This document shows, in pieces, positions 16,051-27,703 of a stretch of 64,000 nucleotides of DNA (position 1 is its first letter; each line of letters opens with the position of its first letter). The stretch lies in NCBI RefSeq assembly GCF_009914755.1, contig NC_060943.1; one strand, 5' to 3'. The notes under the pieces are model-generated. The model did not search any database. It was not told the origin of the DNA and saw nothing but the letters and a program-made list of their open reading frames with translations. The position numbers and the translations under genes are program-made. The DNA comes from the human T2T-CHM13v2.0 reference genome, Homo sapiens.

Positions 16051-18810
16051 GAACATTTGGAGTGCTTTGTGGCCTGAGGTGGAAAAGGCAATATCTTCAC
16101 ATAAAAACTTTATAGAAGCATTCTGAGAAACTTTTTTGATTTGTGCATTCATCTAACAGAAGTGAAGCTTTCTTTTGATGGACCTGGTTTGAAATACTCT
16201 TTTTGTGGAATCTGCAAGTGGACATTTGGAACACTTTGAGGCCTATGGTGGAAAAGGAAATATGTTCACATAAAAACTACACAGAAGAATTCTGAGAAAC
16301 TTATCTGCGATGTGTGCATTCATTTCGCAGATTTCAACGTTTATTTTGATTGAGCAGTTAGGAAACACTCTTTTTGTAGAATCTGCAAATGGACATTTGG
16401 AGCGCTTTGTGGATTATGTTAGAAAACGAAATATATTCACATGAAAACTAGACAAAAAAATTCTGAGAAACTTCTTGGTGATGTATGCGTTCATCTCACA
16501 GAGTTGGACCTTTCTTTTGATTGAGCTGTTTGGAAACACTCTTTTGTAGAATCTGCAAATGGATATTTGGAGCGCTTTGCTGCCTATGATAGAAAAGCAA
16601 ATATCTTCACATAATATCTAGACAGAAGCAATCTGAGAAACTTATTTGCGATGTGTCCATTCAAGTCACCGAGTTAAACCGTTCTTTTGATTGAGCAGTT
16701 TTGAAACTCTTTTTGTAAAATCTGCAACTGGACATTTGGAGCGCTTTAAGGCCTATGTTGGAAAAGGAAATATCTTCATATAAAAACTAGACAGAATAAT
16801 TCTGAGAAACTTCTTTAGAATGTGTGTGTTCATCTCACAGAGTTATACCTTTCTTTTTATTAAGCAGTTTTGAAACTCTCTTTTTGTAGAATCTGCAAGT
16901 GGACATTTGGAGCGCTCTGTGGTCTATGGTAGAAAAGGAAATATCTTCACATAAAATCTAGACAGAAGCAATCTGAGAAACTTCTTTGTGATGTGTGCAT
17001 TCATCTCACAGAGTTAAACGTTTCTTTTGATTGAGCAGTTTTGAAACTCTGTTTTTGTAGTATCTGCAAGTGGACATTTGGAGCGCTTTGAGGCCTATGG
17101 TGGAAAAGGAAATATCTTCACATAAAAACTAGACAGAAGAATTCTGAGAAACTTCCTTGTGATGTGTGCGTTCATCTCACAGAGTTGAACCTTTCTTTTG
17201 GTTGAGCAGTTTGGAAACACTCCTTTTGTAGAATCTGCAAGTGGACATTTGGATCACTTTGCAGCCTATGTTTGAGAAGGAAATATCTTCACAACAAAAC
17301 AAGACGGAAGAATTCTGAGAAACTTCTTTGTGATGTGTGCATTAATCCCACAGAGTTGAATGTTTGTTTTCATTGAGCAGTTTGGAAACAATCTTTTTGT
17401 AGAATCTGTAAGTGGAAATTTGGAGCGCATTGCGGCCTATTGTAGAAAAGGAAATATCTTCACATAAAATCTAGACAGAAGAAATTTGAGAAACTCCTTT
17501 GTGATGTGTGTGTTCATCTCACAGAGTTGAATCTTTCTTTTTATTGAGCAGTTTGGAAACACTCTTTTTGTAGAATCTGCAAGTGGACATTTGGAGCGCT
17601 TTGAGGCATATGGTGGAAAAGGAAATATGTTCACATAAAAATTAGACAGACGAATTCTGAGAAACTACTTTTTGATATGCGTTCATCTCACACAGTTGAA
17701 CCTTTCTTTTGATTGAGTAGTTTGGAAACACTCTTTTTGTAGAATCTGCAAGTGGACATTTGGAGTGCTTTGCGGCCTATGGTAGAAAAGGAAATACCTT
17801 CACATAAAATCTAGACAGAAGCAATCTGAGAAATTTCTTTCTTATGTGTGCTTTCATCTCACAGAGTTGAACTTTTCTTTTGATTGAGCAGTTTGGAAAA
17901 ACTCTTTTTGTGCAATCTGCAACTGGACATTTGGAGCGCTTTGCAGCCTAAGTTAGAAAATGAAATATCTTCACATAAAAACTAGACAGAAGAATTCTGA
18001 GAAACTTCCTTGTAATGTGTGCGTTTATCTCACAGAGTTGAACCTTTCTTTTGATTCAGGTGTTTGGAAACTCTCTTTTTGTAGAATCTGCATTTGGACA
18101 TTTGGAGCCCTTTTTGGCCTATGGTAGAAAAGGAAGTATCCTCACATAATATCTAGACAGAAGTTATCTAAGAAACTTCTTTTTGATGTGTGCATTCTTC
18201 TCACCAAGTTAAACCTTTCTATTGATTGAGCAGTTTTGAAACTCTCTTTTTGTAGAATGTGGAAGTAGACATTTGGAGCACTTTGAGACCTCTGGTGGAA
18301 AAGGGAATATCTTCACATAAAAAGAAGATAGAAGAATTCTGAGAAACTTCCTTCTGATGTGTGCATTCATCTCACAGAGTCGAACAATTGTTTTGATTGA
18401 GCAGTTTGGAAACACTCTTTTTGTAGAATCTGCAAGTGGACATTTGGAGTGCTTTGTAGCCTACGGCAGAAAAGGTAATGTCTTCACATGAAATCTAGAC
18501 AGAAGAAATCTGAGAAAATACTTTTTGATGTGTGTGTTCATCTCACAGACTTGAATCTTTTTTTTGATTGAGCAGTTTGGAAATACTCTGTTTTCTAGAA
18601 TCTGCAAGTGGACATTTGGAACGCTTTGCGGCTTAAGGTAGAAAAGGAAATATCTTCAAATAAAATCTAGACAGAATCAATCTGAGGAACTTCTTTGTGA
18701 TGTGTGCATTCGTCCCACAGAGTTAAACCTTTCTTTTGATTGAGAAGTTTTGAGACTCTTTTTGTAGTACCTGGAAGTGGACATTTCGAAGGCCTTGAGG
18801 CCTATGGTGG
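16050..18810 (+). repeat. Monomeric alpha satellite, distinct HOR-proximal layer (CTAGACAGAAG/GTGGACATTT) with relic dimer pattern
   Basis: The signature switches from ACTACACAG/GGATATTT to CTAGACAG/GGACATTT between ~16050 and ~16450. Monomer ends mostly alternate between AAATCTAGACAGAAGCAATCT and AAAACTAGACAGAAGAATTCT. Confidence 0.85.
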
Positions 18811-18972
18811 AAAAGGAAATATCTTCTCATAAAAACTAGACTGAAGTATTCTGTAAAACTCCTTTGTGATGTTTGCATTCAACTCAGAAAGTTGAACTTC
18901 TCTTTATATAGTCCAGTTTTCAAACACTATTTTTGTAGAATCTGCAAGTGGATACTGGGACTGCTTTGAGGC

Positions 18973-18989
18973 CTTCGTTGGAAACGGGA
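18973..18989 (+). promoter_or_regulatory. Canonical CENP-B box (first of 11 intact copies, one per HOR unit)
   Basis: CTTCGTTGGAAACGGGA matches NTTCGNNNNANNCGGGN. It also starts at 21869, 24764, 27830, 30725, 33791, 36685, 42304, 45198, 48092 and 50986. Confidence 0.93.
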
Positions 18990-21900
18990 TTATCTTCACA
19001 TAGAAACTAGACTGAAGGATTCTTAGAAACTTCTTTGTGATGTGTGCATTCAACTCACCGAGTGGAACCTCACTTTTGATAGAGCAGTGTTGAAAGACAC
19101 TTGTTGTAGAATCTGCAGGTGGATATTTGGAGTGCTTTGAAGCCTTCCTTGGAAACGGGAATATCTTCACATAAAAACTAGACATAAGCATTCTCAGAAA
19201 CTCCTTTGTGATCTGTCCATTCAGCTCACAGAGTTGAACCTTCCTTTTGATAGAGCAGTTTTGAAACACTCTTTCTGTAGAGTCTGCAAGTGGATATCAG
19301 GAGCGCTTTGAGGCCTATGGTAGAAAAAGAAATATCTGCATATAAAAACTAGACAGAAGCATTCTGAGAAACTTCTTTGTGATGTTTGCATTCAACTACC
19401 AGAGTTGAACCTTCCTTTTGATAGAGCAGTTTTGAAACACTCTTTGTGTAGAATCTGCATGTGGATATCTGGAGCGATTTGAGGCCTATGGTCAAAAAGG
19501 AAATATCTTCCTATGAAAAACAGACAAAAGCATTCTCAGAAACTACTTAGAGATATGTGCATTCAACTCACAGAGTTGAAACTTTTTTTTGATAGAGCAG
19601 TTTTGAAACACTCTGTAGAATCTGAAAGTGGATATTTGGAGCTATTTGAGGGCTATGGTGGAAAAGAAAATATATTCCCATTAAACTAGACAGAAGCATC
19701 CTCAGAAACTTCTTTATGATGTTTGCATTAAACTCACAGAGTTGAACATACCTTTCCATAGAGCAGTTTTGAAACACTCTTTTTGGGGAATCCGCAAGTG
19801 GATATTTGGACCGCTTTGAGACCTTTGCTGGAAATGGGAATATCTTCACATATAAACTAGACAGAAGCATTCTCGGAAACTTCTTCCTGATGTGTGCATT
19901 CTGCTCCCAAAGTTGAACCTTCCTTTTCATAAAGCAGTTTTGAAACACTCTTTTGTACAATCTACCATTGGATATGTGGAAGGCTTTGATGCCCATGGTA
20001 GAAATGGAAACATCCTCATATAAAATCTAGACAGAAGGATTCACAGAAACTGCTGTGTGATGTGTGCATCCAAATCACGGAGTTGAACTTTTCTTTTGTT
20101 AGAGCAGTTTTGAAACCCTGTTTCCGTGGAATCTGCCAGTGGACATTTGGAGCGCATTGAGGGCTATGGTGGAGAAGGAAATATCTTCACATAAAAACTA
20201 GAAAGAAGCATTCTCAGAAACATCTATGTGAAGTATGCATTCAACTCACAGAGTTGAACCTTCCTTTTGATAGAAGAGTTTTGAAACACTCTTTTGTACA
20301 ATTGCAGGTGAATATTTGGAGCGCTTTGAAGCCTTTGTTGGAAATGGGAATATCCTCACATTAAAAACTAGCCAGAAGCATTCTCAGAAACTTCTTTGTG
20401 ATGTGTGCATTGAACCCAGAGAGATGAACCGTTCCTTTGAGAGAGCAGTTTTGAAACGTGTTTTTGTAAGATCTGCAAGTGGATATTTGGGGCGCTTTGA
20501 GTCCTTAGGTGGAAACGGGAATATCTTCGAATAAAAACTAGACAGAATTATTCTCAGAATCTTCTTTGTGATGTGGGCATTCAACTAACACAGTTGAACA
20601 TTTCTTTTGACAGAGCAGTTCTGAAACACTCTTTTTGTAGAATCCGCCAGTGGATATTTGGAGCGCTTTGAGGGCTATTGTGCAAATGGAAATATCTTCA
20701 CCTAAAAACTAGACCGAAGCAATCCCAGAAACTACTTTGTGATGTTTGCATTCAACTCACAGAGTTGAACCTACCTCTTCATAGGGCAGTTTGGAAAAGC
20801 TCTTTTTGTAGAATCTGCAAGTGGATATTTGGACCACTTTGAGGCCTTCATAGGAAACAGTACTATCTTCACATAAAAACTAGGTAGAAGCATTCTCAGA
20901 AACTTCTTTGTGATGTGTGAATTCAACTCACAGAGTTGAACCTTCCTTTAATAGAGCAGTTTTGAAACACTCTTTTTGTAGAATCTGCCAGTAGATATTT
21001 GGAGCGCTTTGAGGCCTTCGTTGGAAACCGGAATATCTTCACATAAAAAGTAGATAGAGCCATTCTCAGAAACTTTTTTGTGATATGTAGATTCAACTCA
21101 CAGCGTTGAACCTTTCTTTTGATAGAGCAGTTTTGAAAAACTCTTTTATCGAATCTGCAAGTAGACATTTGGAGTGCTTTGAGGGCTGTGGTCGAAAAGG
21201 AAATATCTTCACATAGAAACTAGACTGAAGCATTCTCAGCAACTTCTTTGTGACGTTTGCATTCATCTCACAGTGTTGAACATACCTTTTCATAGAGCAG
21301 TTTTGAAACACTATTTTTGTAGTATCTGCAAGTGGATATTTGGACTGCTTTGAGGCCTTCATTGGAAACGGGAATATCTTCACATAAACACTAGACAGAA
21401 GCATTCTCTGAAACTTCTTTGTGATGTGTGTATTCAACTCACAGAGTTGAACCATCTTTTTTATGGAGCGGTTTTGAAACAGTGTTTTTGTAGAATCAGC
21501 AAGTGGATATTGGGAGCGCTTTGAGGCCTCTGGTGGAAAGGGAATGTCTTCACATAAAAACTGGACAGAAGCATTCTCAGAAACATCTTTGTGATGTTTG
21601 CATTCAACTCACAGAGTTGATCCTTCCTTTTAATAGGGCAGTTTTGCAACACTCTTTTTGTAGAATGCACCAGTGGGCTTTTGGAGCACGTCAAGGGCTA
21701 TGGTGAAAAAGGAAATATCTTCTCATAAAAACTAGACTGAAGTATTCTGTAAAACTCCTTTGTGATGTTTGCATTCAACTCAGAAAGTTGAACTTCTCTT
21801 TATATAGTCCAGTTTTCAAACACTATTTTTGTAGAATCTGCAAGTGGATACTGGGACTGCTTTGAGGCCTTCGTTGGAAACGGGATTATCTTCACATAAA

Positions 21901-24637
21901 AACTAGACTGAAGGATTCTTAGAAACTTCTTTGTGATGTGTGCATTCAACTCACCGAGTGGAACCTCACTTTTGATAGAGCAGTGTTGAAAGACACTTGT
22001 TGTAGAATCTGCAGGTGGATATTTGGAGTGCTTTGAAGCCTTCCTTGGAAACGGGAATATCTTCACATAAAAACTAGACATAAGCATTCTCAGAAACTCC
22101 TTTGTGATCTGTCCATTCAGCTCACAGAGTTGAACCTTCCTTTTGATAGAGCAGTTTTGAAACACTCTTTCTGTAGAGTCTGCAAGTGGATATCAGGAGC
22201 GCTTTGAGGCCTATGGTAGAAAAAGAAATATCTGCATATAAAAACTAGACAGAAGCATTCTGAGAAACTTCTTTGTGATGTTTGCATTCAACTACCAGAG
22301 TTGAACCTTCCTTTTGATAGAGCAGTTTTGAAACACTCTTTGTGTAGAATCTGCATGTGGATATCTGGAGCGATTTGAGGCCTATGGTCAAAAAGGAAAT
22401 ATCTTCCTATGAAAAACAGACAAAAGCATTCTCAGAAACTACTTAGAGATATGTGCATTCAACTCACAGAGTTGAAACTTTTTTTTGATAGAGCAGTTTT
22501 GAAACACTCTGTAGAATCTGAAAGTGGATATTTGGAGCTATTTGAGGGCTATGGTGGAAAAGAAAATATATTCCCATTAAACTAGACAGAAGCATCCTCA
22601 GAAACTTCTTTATGATGTTTGCATTAAACTCACAGAGTTGAACATACCTTTCCATAGAGCAGTTTTGAAACACTCTTTTTGGGGAATCCGCAAGTGGATA
22701 TTTGGACCGCTTTGAGACCTTTGCTGGAAATGGGAATATCTTCACATATAAACTAGACAGAAGCATTCTCGGAAACTTCTTCGTGATGTGTGCATTCTGC
22801 TCCCAAAGTTGAACCTTCCTTTTCATAAAGCAGTTTTGAAACACTCTTTTGTACAATCTACCATTGGATATGTGGAAGGCTTTGATGCCCATGGTAGAAA
22901 AGGAAACATCCTCATATAAAATCTAGACAGAAGGATTCACAGAAACTGCTGTGTGATGTGTGCATCCAAATCACGGAGTTGAACTTTTCTTTTGTTAGAG
23001 CAGTTTTGAAACCCTGTTTCCGTGGAATCTGCCAGTGGACATTTGGAGCGCATTGAGGGCTATGGTGGAGAAGGAAATATCTTCACATAAAAACTAGAAA
23101 GAAGCATTCTCAGAAACATCTATGTGAAGTGTGCATTCAACTCACAGAGTTGAACCTTCCTTTTGATAGAAGAGTTTTGAAACACTCTTTTGTACAATTG
23201 CAGGTGAATATTTGGAGCGCTTTGAAGCCTTTGTTGGAAATGGGAATATCCTCACATAAAAACTAGCCAGAAGCATTCTCAGAAACTTCTTTGTGATGTG
23301 TGCATTGAACCCAGAGAGATGAACCGTTCCTTTGAGAGAGCAGTTTTGAAACGTGTTTTTGTAAGATCTGCAAGTGGATATTTGGGGCGCTTTGAGTCCT
23401 TAGGTGGAAACGGGAATATCTTCGAATAAAAACTAGACAGAATTATTCTCAGAATCTTCTTTGTGATGTGGGCATTCAACTAACACAGTTGAACATTTCT
23501 TTTGACAGAGCAGTTCTGAAACACTCTTTTTGTAGAATCCGCCAGTGGATATTTGGAGCGCTTTGAGGGCTATTGTGCAAATGGAAATATCTTCACCTAA
23601 AAACTAGACCGAAGCAATCCCAGAAACTACTTTGTGATGTTTGCATTCAACTCACAGAGTTGAACCTACCTCTTCATAGGGCAGTTTGGAAAACCTCTTT
23701 TTGTAGAATCTGCAAGTGGATATTTGGACCACTTTGAGGCCTTCATAGGAAACAGTACTATCTTCACATAAAAACTAGGTAGAAGAATTCTCAGAAAGTT
23801 CTTTGTGATGTGTGAATTCAACTCACAGAGTTGAACCTTCCTTTAATAGAGCAGTTTTGAAACACTCTTTTTGTAGAATCTGCCAGTAGATATTTGGAGC
23901 GCTTTGAGGCCTTCGTTGGAAACCGGAATATCTTCACATAAAAAGTAGATAGAGGCATTCTCAGAAACTTTTTTGTGACATGTAGATTCAACTCACAGCG
24001 CTGAACCTTTCTTTTGATAGAGCAGTTTTGAAAAACTCTTTTATCGAATCTGCAAGTAGACATTTGGAGTGCTTTGAGGGCTGTGGTCGAAAAGGAAATA
24101 TCTTCACATAGAAACTAGACTGAAGCATTCTCAGCAACTTCTTTGTGACGTTTGCATTCATCTCACAGTGTTGAACATACCTTTTCATAGAGCAGTTTTG
24201 AAACACTATTTTTGTAGTATCTGCAAGTGGATATTTGGACTGCTTTGAGGCCTTCATTGGAAACGGGAATATCTTCACATAAACACTAGACAGAAGCATT
24301 CTCTGAAACTTCTTTGTGATGTGTGTATTCAACTCACAGAGTTGAACCATCTTTTTTATGGAGCGGTTTTGAAACAGTGTTTTTGTAGAATCAGCAAGTG
24401 GATATTGGGAGCGCTTTGAGGCCTCTGGTGGAAAGGGAATGTCTTCACATAAAAACTGGACAGAAGCATTCTCAGAAACATCTTTGTGATGTTTGCATTC
24501 AACTCACAGAGTTGATCCTTCCTTTTAATAGGGCAGTTTTGCAACACTCTTTTTGTACAATGCACCAGTGGGCTTTTGGAGCACGTCAAGGGCTATGGTG
24601 AAAAAGGAAATATCTTCACATAAAAACTAGACAGAAG

Positions 24638-27600
24638 TATTCTGTAAAACTCCTTTGTGATGTTTGCATTCAACTCAGAAAGTTGAACTTCTCTTTATAT
24701 AGTCCAGTTTTCAAACACTATTTTTGTAGAATCTGCAAGTGGATACTGGGACTGCTTTGAGGCCTTCGTTGGAAACGGGATTATCTTCACATAGAAACTA
24801 GACTGAAGGATTCTTAGAAACTTCTTTGTGATGTGTGCATTCAACTCACCGAGTGGAACCTCACTTTTGATAGAGCAGTGTTGAAAGACACTTGTTGTAG
24901 AATCTGCAGGTGGATATTTGGAGTGCTTTGAAGCCTTCCTTGGAAACGGGAATATCTTCACATAAAAACTAGACATAAGCATTCTCAGAAACTCCTTTGT
25001 GATCTGTCCATTCAGCTCACAGAGTTGAACCTTCCTTTTGATAGAGCAGTTTTGAAACACTCTTTCTGTAGAGTCTGCAAGTGGATATCAGGAGCGCTTT
25101 GAGTCCTATGGTAGAAAAAGAAATATCTGCATATAAAAACTAGACAGAAGCATTCTGAGAAACTTCTTTGTGATGTTTGCATTCAACTACCAGAGTTGAA
25201 CCTTCCTTTTGATAGAGCAGTTTTGAAACACTCTTTGTGTAGAATCTGCATGTGGATATCAGGAGCGCTTTGAGGCCTATGGCAGAAAAAGAAATATCTG
25301 GCTCTAAAATCTAGACAGAAGCATTCTGAGAAACTTCTTTGTGATGTTTGCATTCAACTACCAGAGTTGAACCTTCCTTTTGATAGAGCAGTTTTGAAAC
25401 ACTCTTTGTGTAGAATCTGCATGTTGATATCTGGAGCGATTTGAGGCCTATGGTCAAAAAGGAAATATCTTCCTATGAAAAACAGACAAAAGCATTCTCA
25501 GAAACTACTTAGAGATATGTGCATTCAACTCACAGAGTTGAAACTTTTTTTTGATAGAGCAGTTTTGAAACACTCTGTAGAATCTGAAAGTGGATATTTG
25601 GAGCTATTTGAGGGCTATGGTGGAAAAGAAAATATATTCCCATTAAACTAGACAGAAGCATCCTCAGAAACTTCTTTATGATGTTTGCATTAAACTCACA
25701 GAGTTGAACATACCTTTCCATAGAGCAGTTTTGAAACACTCTTTTTGGGGAATCCGCAAGTGGATATTTGGACCGCTTTGAGACCTTTGCTGGAAATGGG
25801 AATATCTTCACATATAAACTAGACAGAAGCATTCTCGGAAACTTCTTCGTGATGTGTGCATTCTGCTCCCAAAGTTGAACCTTCCTCTTCATAAAGCAGT
25901 TTTGAAACACTCTTTTGTACAATCTACCATTGGATATGTGGAAGGCTTTGATGCCCATGGTAGAAAAGGATACATCCTCATATAAAATCTAGACAGAAGG
26001 ATTCACAGAAACTGCTGTGTGATGTGTGCATCCAAATCACGGAGTTGAACTTTTCTTTTGTTAGAGCAGTTTTGAAACCCTGTTTCCGTGGAATCTGCCA
26101 GTGGACATTTGGAGCGCATTGAGGGCTATGGTGGAGAAGGAAATATCTTCACATAAAAACTAGAAAGAAGCATTCTCAGAAACATCTATGTGAAGTGTGC
26201 ATTCAACTCACAGAGTTGAACCTTCCTTTTGATAGAAGAGTTTTGAAACACTCTTTTGTACAATTGCAGGTGAATATTTGGAGCGCTTTGAAGCCTTTGT
26301 TGGAAATGGGAATATCCTCACATAAAAACTAGCCAGAAGCATTCTCAGAAACTTCTTTGTGATGTGTGCATTGAACCCAGAGAGATGAACCGTTCCTTTG
26401 AGAGAGCAGTTTTGAAACGTGTTTTTGTAAGATCTGCAAGTGGATATTTGGGGCGCTTTGAGTCCTTAGGTGGAAACGGGAATATCTTCGAATAAAAACT
26501 AGACAGAATTATTCTCAGAATCTTCTTTGTGATGTGGGCATTCAACTAACACAGTTGAACATTTCTTTTGACAGAGCAGTTCTGAAACACTCTTTTTGTA
26601 GAATCCGCCAGTGGATATTTGGAGCGCTTTGAGGGCTATTGTGCAAATGGAAATATCTTCACCTAAAAACTAGACCGAAGCAATCCCAGAAACTACTTTG
26701 TGATGTTTGCATTCAACTCACAGAGTTGAACCTACCTCTTCATAGAGCAGTTTGGAAAACCTCTTTTTGTAGAATCTGCAAGTGGATATTCGGACCACTT
26801 TGAGGCCTTCATAGGAAACAGTACTATCTTCACATAAAAACTAGGTAGAAGCATTCTCAGAAACTTCTTTGTGATGTGTGAATTCAACTCACAGAGTTGA
26901 ACCTTCCTTTAATAGAGCAGTTTTGAAACACTCTTTTTGTAGAATCTGCCAGTAGATATTTGGAGCGCTTTGAGGCCTTCGTTGGAAACCGGAATATCTT
27001 CACATAAAAAGTAGATAGAGGCATTCTCAGAAACTTTTTTGTGATATGTAGATTCAACTCACAGCGTTGAACCTTTCTTTTGATAGAGCAGTTTTGAAAA
27101 ACTCTTTTATCGAATCTGCAAGTAGACATTTGGAGTGCTTTGAGGGCTGTGGTCGAAAAGGAAATATCTTCACATAGAAACTAGACTGAAGCATTCTCAG
27201 CAACTTCTTTGTGACGTTTGCATTCATCTCACAGTGTTGAACATACCTTTTCATAGAGCAGTTTTGAAACACTATTTTTGTAGTATCTGCAAGTGGATAT
27301 TTGGACTGCTTTGAGGCCTTCATTGGAAACGGGAATATCTTCACATAAACACTAGACAGAAGCATTCTCTGAAACTTCTTTGTGATGTGTGTATTCAACT
27401 CACAGAGTTGAACCATCTTTTTTATGGAGCGGTTTTGAAACAGTGTTTTTGTAGAATCAGCAAGTGGATATTGGGAGCGCTTTGAGGCCTCTGGTGGAAA
27501 GGGAATGTCTTCACATAAAAACTGGACAGAAGCATTCTCAGAAACATCTTTGTGATGTTTGCATTCAACTCACAGAGTTGATCCTTCCTTTTAATAGGGC

Positions 27601-27703
27601 AGTTTTGCAACACTCTTTTTGTAGAATGCACCAGTGGGCTTTTGGAGCACGTCAAGGGCTATGGTGAAAAAGGAAATATCTTCTCATAAAAACTAGACTG
27701 AAG
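24638..27703 (+). repeat. 18-mer HOR variant (unit 3; also units 5, 13, 14, 15 and partial 16)
   Basis: 3066 = 2895 + 171. The extra monomer at 25151-25321 is marked by GGCAGAAAAAGAAATATCTGGCTCTAAAA. Confidence 0.95.
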
